This document shows, in pieces, positions 12,201 to 23,603 of a DNA stretch of 64,000 bases (positions are counted from its first letter, which is position 1; every line of letters begins with the position of its first letter). The stretch comes from Blastocladiella emersonii ATCC 22665 (taxonomy: Eukaryota; Fungi; Blastocladiomycota), in assembly GCA_025594325.1 (NCBI GenBank), contig JANHCV010000016.1:372001-436000 (forward strand), written 5' to 3'. The notes under the pieces were generated by a model that was not told the origin of the DNA, did no database searches, and saw only the letters and a program-made list of their open reading frames with translations. Made by a program: the position numbers and the translations under genes.

Positions 12201-12993
12201 GGGATGCAGACGGCCGTTGCGTTCCACACGACCATTTAGTGCGTTTCCTTCCCCCTTGCGTTCTCTCGTCGCTCAAGCTCACACCACGTCACGGTGTAGC
12301 CCCATGGCGTCGGTCGCCCTCGAGGTTGCGCGTCCGGGCACCAACTGGACGCAGCGCGCAGCGACGCTCAACACGCAGGTGCACGACCTGCGCGTCGCGC
12401 TGCGACAGATCAACTCGCTCGTGTCGCGGTACGATGACCCGGCGCCGACGCGCGCGCTGCTCACGTCGGCGTACGCGTACACGGCGACGTCGAACATTGA
12501 CGCGTCGCTCGCGGGCACGGCTTCGTCGCGCGGGTACGCGTACGTGCTCGAGGACGCGCTGCAGGCGGTGCAGACGATCGCGGGCGCGCCCGGCGGCGGG
12601 TCGGCGCCCGACGCGAACACGCACGCGGCGCTGGCGGCGTTTCTCGGGAGTGTGCAGGGCGACCTGGATCTCGGGACGCGGCTGCTGCTGGAGCGGCACC
12701 TGGGCGATATCGACGCGGCGTCGCAGGCGGACGGCGCCATCAACCTCAACGTGCACGTTGCCGTCATCTTCCTCGTGGTCGTCGTGCACTACGGCCTCTT
12801 TCGGTTCCAGCAGCGCATGCGCGAGGACATCAAGCAGAACTGCCTGCTGCTGCTCATGGTGCCGCAGGCCGTCATCAACCGCCAGAAGCCGCTCAAGCAG
12901 TACCTGCGCGGTATCTCGCAGGGGATCAGACGGCACATGGGCGCGGCAGCGGCGGATGCGCCCGCGGGGTTGCACAGTGTGCGCAGAACGTAG
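6255..12993 (+). CDS. About 2120-aa multi-TM / TmcB-TmcC-like TPR / multi-PAS membrane sensor; 6 exons; intact copy
   Basis: Exons 6255-6472, 6547-8221, 8288-8601, 8714-11618, 11682-12238 and 12300-12993 sum to 6363 nt in one frame. N-terminal TM bundle, TPR-like helical region, three FixL-like PAS repeats with HDxYL, further degenerate PAS, C-terminal TM segments. Confidence 0.85.
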
Positions 12994-13071
12994 ATCTTAG
13001 ATTCATCGTTGATTGACAACACACACTTGGGTGGTGTCCTTGGTCGAGCGGCGGCGGCGTGCTTGTCGGGC

Positions 13072-13239
13072 TCAGGGCGCCTGCGGCTGCGGGAGGGCGA
13101 GCTCGGGCACGTTGAGGAACGGCGACGCGAAGGCGAGGTTCGCCTCGAACTGGACGGGCGCCTCGTCGGTCTTGTCGGTGGGCGCAGCGCGGGCCACCAT
13201 GGCCATGGCGATGAGAGCAAGAATGTAGAAGTGCTTCAT
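13072..13239 (-). CDS. 55-aa secreted micro-ORF, signal peptide plus PhoD pro-segment (left copy); could be a phoD remnant
   Basis: MKHFYILALIAMAMVARAAPTDKTDEAPVQFEANLAFASPFLNVPELALPQPQAP*; accATG context, strong C/G third positions, motif shared with both PhoD N-termini. Confidence 0.6.
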   Translation of the reverse strand: MKHFYILALIAMAMVARAAPTDKTDEAPVQFEANLAFASPFLNVPELALPQPQAP

Positions 13240-13322
13240 GGTGACGACGTTTGAAATGTGGTTCGGTATAACGGAAGTGTGCGTAGCAGAGTGTGTCGAC
13301 CCAGAAGCCGCCTCGTCCGCCG

Positions 13323-13372
13323 CGCGGCGCCACAGCGGTTGTCGGTGCCCCGCCGCACGCTGTGGCGCCGCG
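13323..13372. promoter_or_regulatory. 15-bp perfect inverted repeat with 20-nt loop upstream of the micro-ORF (left copy)
   Basis: Mirror of 24551-24600: CGCGGCGCCACAGCG-N20-CGCTGTGGCGCCGCG. Confidence 0.4.
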
Positions 13373-13667
13373 CCACTTCCCTCCTCGCCTTCACGTCATC
13401 CAGCGGCCCACGTGACGACCTGCGCCACCATCCTTCCCTCTTCTCCGCGGTCGCCCCTCGGCCGATGCTCGCTCCCTTGTGACCGCCACCGTCTACCACA
13501 CGTTTGTCTTCGCTTCCCGCCCAACCCACTCCTGCTCTTCCTGTCACGTCTGGGCCGCTGGCGTCCCCTCCCCTAGCCGTGGGATCGCTGCTCCTCGTGG
13601 CCCTCCCTCGCCCCGCGCCGCGCGCTTGGCGAGGTCGACGCGGCCCGCGGTCGCACGCACCCTGGGG

Positions 13668-14100
13668 ACCGAGCCTCACCTCGGTACGGCGAGTCCGCCG
13701 TTCCTCGGCGGGCGCTACTCAGCTTTTCGCTGGTCCCCAACGCGCGCGTAGCGGATCTACGCATCACCTCCTTCACCTTCACCTTCACCACCTGCTCCCG
13801 CTCCTCGATCCTCTCTCCGGCCGGCACCCAATCTCCGTCACCATCTTTCCGCTCTCCCACTCCTCTCCTTCGCCTTCGCTCGCATCACACCCTCGCCTCC
13901 TGCCCGCTTTCCTCCGCACACCCACCCTCTCGTTCGCCTGCCATCGTCTGCTTTCATATATCGGATTCTGTTTCTCCCAAGCGGCTTCGCCAGGGCGATA
14001 CCCCGTCGGCAAGTCCGAGGAGCCCGGCGGCCACACCGTGCAAGTAGGATGCACTCGCACAGCGTCTCCAAGAGACTCGAGCCTTCTACTAGGGTCCTGA
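13668..14100 (-). pseudogene. Putative 5' portion of a gene interrupted by the duplication (gene Y)
   Basis: Minus strand is open up to the arm boundary (APAEERRTRRTEVRLG) after an acceptor-like GCTGAGTAG; joins in frame to 31181. Start not identifiable. Confidence 0.3.
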
Positions 14101-14138
14101 TGACACGTTGCGGTGAGCTACAATTCGCCAAATATCAT

Positions 14139-14184
14139 GGGGGTAGAGCTCGAGCTAGCCAGGGGGTAGAGATCGAGCTAGCCA
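14139..14184. repeat. Tandem 23-bp direct repeat, 1 mismatch
   Basis: GGGGGTAGAGCTCGAGCTAGCCA followed by GGGGGTAGAGATCGAGCTAGCCA. Confidence 0.85.
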
Positions 14185-14432
14185 AAGTCGGTCGACGTGT
14201 TGGACGACCTCCGCGTCGCGTCGCGTCGCGACGTGCAAGGCTGCGCCACAACGTGATTTCGCGGCGCGTCTCGCAGCGTGTCTCGCACTTCTCCGACGCT
14301 TCAATCCGAGCGACACAACCCTGCAAAAGCGCTCGTAGGTCCACAGAGACGTCAAGAGACCTCACTGAATTGCGCGGATTGAGAGATGAAACATGGAAAC
14401 TGTATGCAATGAGCAGCTCAATACTACTACGC

Positions 14433-16316
14433 CTAGGCAATGTACGACGACGTGATCCGGTTCGACCCATGGGCGCTCTCAAACGCCGCGCCGAGGAGCT
14501 CGGCGTCGCCGTCGCGGCTCTTGATGGAGCGCACGTACCAGTACTCGTTACGGACCTTCTCCTTGGTGAAGGTCGTGAGCATGTACCCGTGGCGGTACAG
14601 GTCGACGTACTTGGCGCCCTTTTTGAACAGCTTCACGACGGGTGCGCCGAGCTTGTTGAGGAAGCCCGAGTCCTGCGCGGGGGTGCTCGAGGTGACGCTC
14701 GGGCCGGCAAACTCGACCATCAGGGACCCCTTGCCGCTCGATTTGTCGTACTCCGAGTCCAGGTACACGTCCAACGCGATACTCGAGTGGAAGTCGCCGG
14801 TAAGCGTGAGGATCGGCGGGTGCTTCTTGTCGCGGAGAACACGCAGGAGGTTGTCGCGCGTCGTCGGGTAGCCGACCCACATGTCGCCCGTGACCGACCA
14901 CTCGTACTCGAAGATCTTCTCGGGCATCTGTGCGATGATCACCTGGTTGGCGAGCACCACCCAGTGCGCCGTCGAGTTGGTGATGGTGCCGTGCAGCCAC
15001 TTCTCCTGGTCGTCGCCCATCATCTTGCGCAGCGGCCGCTCCTTGCCCGTCCATCCGTTGCCGCCGGGGGCCGTGCGCTCGGACCGCGTGTCGAGCATCG
15101 CCAGGTCGATGAAGGACCCGTACTGGAACTTGCGCCAGAACTTGAGCATCTCGCCCACGGCCTGCGGGCGGATCGGCATGTACTCGAAGTACGCGCGGCC
15201 AGCAGCGAGCTAGATAGAGCCCGATCGTTAGCGTGGCACGCCGAGCATGTCTCGTGAGACGCGAATGTACCTTGCGCACGGCCCACGGACCGTCCTTGGC
15301 GTCCGAGTGCTTGAACGAGCCGTTGGTCCACGTGTTGTCGGCAAACTCGTGGTCGTCGGGGATCGCGAGCCACGGGAGCAGGGCGAGCATGGCCTGCTGG
15401 TCCTTGTCGCGCTTGTACTGGGCGTGGCGGGCGCGGTAGTCGGCGAGCGTCGTGATGACCTTGGCCGGGATCGGGTCGCGCTCGGGACCCATGTTGCCGC
15501 CGACCGGCTGGTAGCCATCGAGGTCGTACTCGTAGCTACGGGCGCGAGGAGCGGGAGAGGTCAGTGCGGACCGCGAGTGATCGCGGCAGCGAGTCGCGAA
15601 CGTACATGGCGTCGCCAAGCATCAAGACGGCGTCAATCTCGCTGGCGCGCTTGGCAATGTTGCGGTAGGCGTGGAACAGGCCGTGCGGCATATTGGCGCA
15701 CGAGACGACGGCGAACTTGACCGAGTTGAGGTTCGCGCCGGGCGCGGGCAGCGTCTTTGTGGTGCCGACGGGCGACGTGACGCCGTTGGCCGAGAAACGG
15801 TAGTAGTAGCGCGTCGCGGGCGAGAGACCCGTCACGTCGACCTTGACCGTGTAGTCGATGTCGGCCGAGGTGAGGACCGCGCCGGACTTGATGATGGCCG
15901 AAAAGTCCGCGGTCGTCGCGACCTCGTACGTCACGGCGACCGAGGCGTCCTTGCTCGTCACCTTGGTCCAGAGGATCACGGCGTCGGCGAGCGTGTCTAG
16001 ATGATGCGTGGGTGGGAGTGTGAGCGAACGAAGTGACTGGAGTTCGTCGCGAGAGTGACGTACCGCCCGAGGCGATGCCGTGGTCGAACGTGACTGCGCC
16101 AGCATCGCGCTTGCGCAGGGCATGATCGAGCGCCGCATCCGAAGGCGCCAGCGCGAGATCGGGAAGGTTCGAGTAGGGCGAGGCGTAGGCGAGGTTGTCG
16201 GCGTAGCGGGAGACGAGCGCGGCCGGGTCGGCGGCGGCCTCGGGCGCGGCGGCGTTGGCCACCGCGGCGACCAGGGCCGTTGCCACAAGGAGGAGGGTGA
16301 TGGGAAGGCGCGCCAT
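14433..16316 (-). CDS. phoD: Secreted PhoD-type alkaline phosphatase, paralog 1; 4 exons
   Basis: Signal peptide; pro-segment ending LRKR; FDHGIASGD..VILWT, VSCAN, LGDAIYEY, DDHEFADN, LDTR, TGDFH. Introns 15997-16063, 15536-15605, 15210-15270. Confidence 0.93.
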
Positions 16317-17229
16317 GGTTGCGGCGGCCCAGCAGTCTATAAGTTGTCTATCTGGGGGCAAAGGGGAGGGAGGGCGAGCCGAACCCTGAAAATCGGCAAG
16401 TCGGCGACAACATCCGGTGACACGCGGTACGCGCTTGCATGCAAGGGACCTCATGACCGTGGTGGCGCAGCCGCACCGACAGAAGTGACGCAACCGCGGC
16501 AAGCGTGCATCGGCCCGCGTTTCAGGTCGTGCGGGAGAACCGGCGGCACGCTCGAAATTAATTGCTGTCCACGTGCACGCCCATTGTCCTCGGTGTGGCG
16601 AAGGCGCGCGTACGCGCGGCCGGCGACCACGCTCGCGTGCGGCTGCGACCAGGGCTGCGACCTCCTGCGACCCGCGACTGCACCAAGCTCGCAGCCCGCT
16701 GCTCCATCACCATCGACGACACGAGGCTGCCCGCATCCCAAGTGCCGGACCAAGTCGGCGACGGGCGGGAAGCCACTGCTCGTCAAGTGCAACGGCTGCC
16801 AAACCTTGAGAGGCCGGCGATCCGCTTCGTCCGCGGTCGGGGGTGGCCCACAGTGCGCCGGGGTACGCCAGCTCGATCCCTTGCGCCGGATCACTCGGTG
16901 TCCCGTTTGCAAGCGTGGTGGCCCCACTGTGGCGAGACGCGTCGTCGGTTTGAAACAAGGACGAGCGAGTCCGCGCGTGCCCTCGCGACCGCAAAGGCAA
17001 CGTTGGTTTGCACTGCAAAAATGAAGTTACGCAGGGAGGATCGGGAAATACACCGCGCGCTTGCCTTTCATTTTTAATCACGGCGGGGTCCCCGCACATG
17101 CGGGGGTTTCCGACCTTGGCCGTTGGCCCTTCAAAGGTCGACGTCGCTCTGCCCTCTCTCCTCCCCCATCCTCTACCCATACCTTTGGTTCAGCTGCTTC
17201 GCGAACATCTCTTGAGGGTCCCCCGTCAA

Positions 17230-20200
17230 ATGACTGGGCCGATCTCCTCCTCGCCCGCCCCCGCTACCGCCACCCTCGCTCTCGATCCACCCCCGGAGCC
17301 GCCCACGCCGGTCCCTGCCCCGCCGACCCTCGCCGCCGCCTTGTCGATCCCCTCGGACGCGCTGCATGCCGATCTCGCCATGTCCATGTCCATGACCGCC
17401 AGCACCCACGACGCCGCCCTGCTCCACTCGGGCTGGGACGCGTCGGCGTCGGTGGCGCTTGGCAGCATCGCATCGCACCTGTTCGCCCCGACCGGCCCCA
17501 CGACGCCCGCCGAGGAGATCGCCAGCGGCCAGTTCGAGGCCGCGCAGCTACATCTCGCGCTCCAGGCGGCCGGGATGCACGGCGATCAGCGCCACGATCA
17601 CGGCCACGGCCTCGACCACGACCACGACGCGTCTGCGGCGGCCATGGTCGACTTTGACGCGCTCGCGTCGCACTACGCCGCGACCACGGCGGCTGTCCTC
17701 GGCGACCACTCGGTGGCTGCGTCGCCGTCCGTCGACCTCGTCCACCACGGCCAGTACATGCTCCTGTCCGAGTCCACGATCGTCCACGGTACGCGCGCTA
17801 TCGCCCTCTCCCTCTCCCTCCCTCCCGATCACGGCGCGCTGGGCGACGGACGCGTGGCCAATCAGCGACGGCGGGCGTGTGGCGATGGTATCGCGACGCG
17901 CCGCGAACGCGTGCGAGGCGAAACGTGCCCGGGTGGGGCCACCTTCCCGAACCGCGTTGTCCTCTCCGACCCGAACCGCGCTGCCCGCCTTCGCTCTCCT
18001 TCGCTGCCGCCCCGCTCCCCGTCGCCTCCGCCGAATTCGCCCCTGGCGCGCCCAACTCTGTCATGATGCAACTCTAACCTGATGCAAACGTAATCTCGCC
18101 CGCACCACTCGCGCTCGCAGGCCTCGCCGCGCCAGTTCCCACGCTGCTGCACGGCACCGTCGACAGCAGCTGCAACGGCGAGCACCAGCCTCTCGCCACC
18201 GGCTTCCCCGACGCGCCCGACGACTTTGCCGCCGCTATCGCCATCGCCGATGCGTCTGGTGCCGCGTCCGTGCCCGTCCTGGCAAGCGCGGACACGCCCG
18301 GCGCCCCGGCGAGTCCCGGGTCGCGCTCCGGCTCCGACTCACCGCCGGCCGGGCTCGCCGGGCCCGCCGTCGCGCTCGACGTGAACGCGCAGTGGGACGC
18401 GCTGCTCGGCGACATCGCCGCCGCCCCGCCCGCCTCGCCCTCGTCGGCCAACTGGATCCTCGCGGCCGCTGCGGCTGGCATCACGCCCACCCCGCTGTCG
18501 CTCGTCACCTCGGCTACCAGTGCGCCCGGTAGCACTGTCGGCAGCATCGTCTCGTCGCCCGTCGCTGGCACGCTCGAGTCGTTCGTGGCCGCGAATTCGA
18601 GCGGGCTTCCCGCTCCGCCGTCGCCGCCCTCGACCTCGTGGTACCCGCCGCCCGGCTCATCGATTGACCTCGCCGGCATCACGACCGACCACTCGCTGCC
18701 CGTCGTCGTCTCGCAGCCGTCCACCATCATGCCCGATCTCAACGCCGTCGTGCCGATCCACGACTACGCCTCGAGTTCGGCCCTCCCCTACATCCCCGAG
18801 TTTGCGCAACCGCACCACCACCAGTTCCCGGCCTACCACTTCCCGCACCTCGCCTACCCTCCCTCTCCCGAGTCGCCGCTTCCCCCGCTCCTGTTCGGCG
18901 CTTCCGCGGCCGCCGCCGAGTCCCACGACACCTCGATGCTCGATGCGTTCGTCGCGACCGCTTCCTCCATGCCGCAGTCGGCGCCCGCGATCCTCGAGGG
19001 CCCGATCCAGTCCTACTTCCCGTCGATCCTGGCCGACACCGCGCCGCTCGCCGTGAGCCCGTCCGTCATCATGCACCGCCGCAGCCACTCGCTCTCGTGC
19101 CTGACCTCGGCCTCGGAGGCGGCTGCCGCCGCGACCGCCGCCGCGCTCCACCACGAGCTCGCCTCGACCTCGCCCACCGTGTTCGGCTTCTCGGCGCCCA
19201 ACTCGCCCGTCGTGCTCTCGCAGCCCGACCTCGATGCGTCTCTCGCCGACGCGCTCCAGCCGCCGCGCAAGCGCCCGCGCAGCAAGTCCGAGTCGGTCGC
19301 CCTCGCTTCCGGTACCGGCAGCGGGCATCTCGGCCACCTGCAGCACCTGTTCCACCACCCACACGCGCACTCGCTCCAGCACATGTACAGCCAGCCGCCG
19401 CTCGAGTCGCCGGTGCCTGTCGGCCTGTCGGCGTCGAGTCGCTCGAATCTTCGCCCGCTTCTTCCTGCCCCGACGGCAACCGCTTCTTCGGCTTCCGACG
19501 CACCAGCAACCACGTCGGCCGCGCCTGCTTCGACATCGACGCCCGCCGGCGCCTCGGTCGACCAGATCACGCCCGCCGCCTCGCCCGCCATCACCAAGGT
19601 CGCCAACCTGCTCAAGCGCAAGCGGTCCGTCTCGTTCGTCGACCAGCACCCCGACACGTCGGCGCTTTCGATCCCCGTCTCGACTGCCGGGTCCATGCAG
19701 CAGCAGCAGCGCCCGACGATCCCGATCCCGCCGCCGGCCCGCCCCGTGGTCGTGCGCAGCCAGCTCGACTCTGCCGCCGCCAAGCCGCCGATGCCGTCGC
19801 TCCTCGGCGCGAGCGGCAGCGGCAGCGGCGACTCGGACCCGGACGAGTACGACGGCGGCGAGGGCGAGCTCGGCCTCGACGGCGGCGACATCGACAACGG
19901 CGAGCCGCGGCCGTTCATCTGCGGGTTCGACGACTGCGCGGCGCGCTTCTCGCGCAACCACGACCTCAAGCGGCACGAGCGCATCCACACGGGCGAGAAG
20001 AAGTGGAAGTGCCTAGAGTGCGAACGCGCGTTCGGCCGCCGCGACGCCCTCGCCCGCCATACGTCGGCGCCCGGCGGCCGCTGTAAGGCCGTGTTCGGGA
20101 AGCGCCGGCTCAACCGGATCCGCCGCATCTCGGCCGTCGCCACGCCCGCCGCGCGCGGCGTCCCCGACGAGGTGCTCATCGAGGTCGTCGCGCGTACCGC

Positions 20201-20381
20201 CGCGTCCGAGTCGGCCCCGTCGCCCGCGGTCGATATCAAGGCTGCCGACTCGGCTGTCGCCGCCGCGCTCGCCAACGTCGCGTCCTCGGCCTCGGGGACG
20301 CCGCTGACGAGTCCGTCTCGCACCACCACCACCACCACCACCACCACAACGGCTTCCACCACCACCCCCTCAGCGGCCTGA
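17230..20381 (+). CDS. C2H2 zinc-finger transcription factor, two C-terminal fingers, Crz1-like finger spacing; 2 exons
   Basis: CGFDDCAARFSRNHDLKRHERIHTGEK linker and CLECERAFGRRDALARHTSAPGGRC; basic NLS-like KRKR. Intron 17789-18120 (GTACGC..CTAAC..CAG), phase 1, links the two ORFs. Confidence 0.85.
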
Positions 20382-20883
20382 CGACGGCCGCCGATCCCCC
20401 TTCCTCACCACCCACACCCACGCTCACCTTGTACATCTCATCTCACCCTCGCACCCTCGCACGCTTGCATCGCCGTCCTCCCCTACCTTAGACTATGACC
20501 CCCTCGTCGCCTTGTATAAAATATCCGCCGCTCATTTTGACCATTCCATTCGTTTGCCCGCCCTCCTCGTCGACCGCCAAGGTCAGGCGCGATACGCGGC
20601 GTCGAGGGTTTGCACACAAGACAAGGGGCGGCGAGTTGTGGCGGCGGCCTGCGGCGCTGGGTTCAGCGCCCTGGCCGGCGCCCCATGTGGACCTTTCTCA
20701 CACGGAATCCCTCACAAACGCTCCCGCTCTCCCCGCACTCTCGACGAAGCTGTTGTTGTTGTATCATAGACCTGCGCTTGGCGATCACACACTTAGACAT
20801 AGACGACGGCGGCCATCTCGCAGACTTCCTCGACGCTCCCGTCCCTGCCGCCACCAACCACCACCACCTCCTCCTACACCACC

Positions 20884-23027
20884 ATGGCCGTCGCCCGGAC
20901 CCGCCGCTCGATGCGGTCGACGCACCTCCTCCTTCTCCTGCTCGTCGCCGCGGTGCTGTGTGTCCGCACGACGCACGCCATCGAGATCGGCGGCTCGATC
21001 ACGACTGCCAACACCGAGTCCGTGGCCGCGGCCAACGACGCGGGTGCCGACGACGATGACGACTTCCTGCCGCCCGTCGAGGAGCTGATCGACCACGTCG
21101 AGGACAACATCGCCTTCAAGTCGCCCTTCTCCAACATCCCCGACCTCGCCGTCCCGCTCCACGACGAGCACAAGCGCTCCATCATGCTCGAGCGCCGCGA
21201 GCCCCGCCGTAACGGCGGCGGCAGCCGGCCCAAGGTCGCGCAGGGGTCGGTCCAGTTCAACCACGGCCTCGCTTCTGGCGGTACGATCATGACGGTTGTT
21301 CCGCTGTACTTGAAACGAGCCGCGTCGCGGCAGCCCCAGCCCTCATTGTCTGCGTGCGCCTGACCAGACCCCTGTTTATAGACCCACTCGAGGACCGTGT
21401 GATCCTCTGGACCCGGGTGACGCCCGCGACGCCGCGGCCGGTGCCCGTGACCGTCACGTACGAGGTGGCAACGGACGCGCACTTCCGTCGCATCGTGCGC
21501 CGCGGCGCGGTCCTCACGTCGCCCGACGTCGACTACACGGTCAAGGTTGACGTCAAGCAGCTGTCGCCGCTCACCACCTACTACTACCGGTTCAAGGTGC
21601 CCGCCGCCGGCACCACGTCGCCCGTCGGCCGCACCAAGACGCTGCCGCGGCCCGGCGCCAAGGTCGACGCCCTCAAGATCGCCGTCGTGACGTGCATCAA
21701 CGCCCCGCACGGGTTCTTCCACGCCCTCGGGCATATCGCCGGGCGTAACGATATCGACCTCGTCTACGGCGCGGGCGACTCCATGTACGTGTTTGCGACG
21801 CGTTTGTGGCTCGGATCACGGCTCCCATCACCAACTCACCTCGACCACTCCCACCTCGTGTCTAGCTACGAGTACTCGCTCGAGGCGTACCCGAGCCCCA
21901 TCAAGGCCATGCCTGCGTCGCGGAACCCGCAGCCGGCCAAGATCATCGCCACGCTGTCCGACTACCGCATCCGCCACGCCCAGTACAAGGCCGACGCCAA
22001 CATGAAAAAGTTCCTGGCCTCGGTCCCGTACGTCGTGACGCTCGACGACCACGAGCTCGCCGACAACGCGTGGGCCGGCGGTTCGCAGGACCACCGCGAC
22101 AGCGTCAACGGGCCGTGGTCTGCTCGCAAGGTACGGCCGCTGCATCTTCCTTCGCCCATGTTTGCCACACCCGACTGACCTCACTCCTTGTCTATAGCTC
22201 GCCGGTCTGCGCGCCTTCCACGAGTTCATGCCGATCCGCCCGGCCAAGGCCGAGGGCGAGCTGCTGCGCGTGTACCGCAAGTTCCAGTACGGCAGCCTCG
22301 TGGACATGGTGATCCTCGACACGCGGTCCGACGGCCGCGACCAGCAGGCCAAGGGCAACCGCGACACGCGCCGGCTTATCGGCAAGGCGCAGGAGAAGTG
22401 GCTGTACGACTCGCTCGGCTCGAGTCGTGCGACCTGGCGCCTGATCGGCAACCAGGTCCTGTTCGCGCCGGTCCCGCAGAAGATCCTCAAGTGGGAGATT
22501 GAGGTGACGAGCGATACGGTACGGTGACTGGGTGGGTGGGGAGTGGGCTCGAGTTGTCGCTGACTTACGACTTCATGTAGTGGTCGGGCTACCCCGCGGC
22601 CCGTAGCGGCCTCCTCAACTTCCTCCGCGACCACAAAATCAACGACACCGCGTGTATCACGGGAGACTTACATGCTTCTTACGCCAGCAACCTGTTTATT
22701 GACGGGAAATACGACAAGAGTTCGGGCGCGGGGTCCCTGATGACCGAATTCGTCGCCCCGTCGGTCACCTCGGCCACCCCCGTCAACGACAACTGGTTCC
22801 TCGCCAAGCTCGCCGGCCCGGTCCTCGGCTGGTTCAATAAGGGCGCCAAGTACATTGACCTCAAGCGCCACGGGTACATCACGATCGACTTGACCAAGCA
22901 GCGCCTCCGCACTGAGTACTGGTTCACCGATAATGTCAAGGAGGCCGACGGCGACCACCATTACCTCGGTGCCGCCTTCGAGCAGCGCGCCGGGTCCAAC
23001 CGGATTACGTGGATGCGCGAGTACTGA
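20884..23027 (+). CDS. phoD: Secreted PhoD-type alkaline phosphatase, paralog 2; 5 exons
   Basis: Signal peptide; FNHGLASGDP..VILWT, VTCIN, GDSIYEY, DDHELADN, LDTR, TGDLH. Introns 21281-21381, 21785-21865, 22131-22197, 22519-22580. Confidence 0.93.
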
Positions 23028-23105
23028 GTGCGCGCGAGCGCTAGCAATGAGCATTTTGTACCACTACACAGCCTGATCCTTGACCTGATCGACGTGAGCA
23101 ACGCG

Positions 23106-23106
23106 T

Positions 23107-23141
<35 letters not shown>

Positions 23142-23146
23142 CCCTC
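23106..23146. repeat. Hexamer microsatellite (CTCGTC/CTCGCC)n
   Basis: tcctcgtcctcgtcctcgccctcgccctcgccctcgccctcg read directly. Confidence 0.75.
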
Positions 23147-23561
23147 GAAACGCGTCGTAACCCTGAGTGGTTGATGAACTCCTTGACAGCAGTCAGCGAC
23201 CAGCGCAGATCCGGTTCCGTGGTTCCGAACCAGGTTCCAAACCGTGGTCAGCCTTGGCCCACGTTGGCCACCACGAGCGATGGATGGTTTGCAAACCAGC
23301 TTCCTTTGCGGGGTTAGAGCACCAGACGGCGCCTGCACGAGCACGTTCTCGTCGTCTTCGGTTGACCGCACCGGCTCCCTGCTCTCGCATCAGGATCAGG
23401 GTCTTGATGAAGTTGTAGATCCGGGCTCGACCTCGCTCACACCAACACAACGCGCGAACCCAGCGAGCTCGATCCACCCAAGCGCCTTCCCATCGCCCTC
23501 ATCAACTTCAGCCGCCTAGCGCGCGTCGCGCCGCGAACATCTCGAACCATTGCTCGAAACG

Positions 23562-23567
23562 ATGCGA

Positions 23568-23603
<36 letters not shown>

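Larger units (their letters stand above)
6730..13667 (+). repeat. Left arm of a 6938-bp inverted duplication
   Basis: Position x here is the reverse complement of position 37923-x. Mirror ORF translations are identical except for differences traced to 6742/31181 and 7764/30159. Confidence 0.97.

Noticed and set aside
13668-13685. 6-bp hairpin ACCGAG-N6-CTCGGT directly at the left inner junction
   Set aside because: Stems this short are frequent at about 68% GC; not distinguishable from chance.
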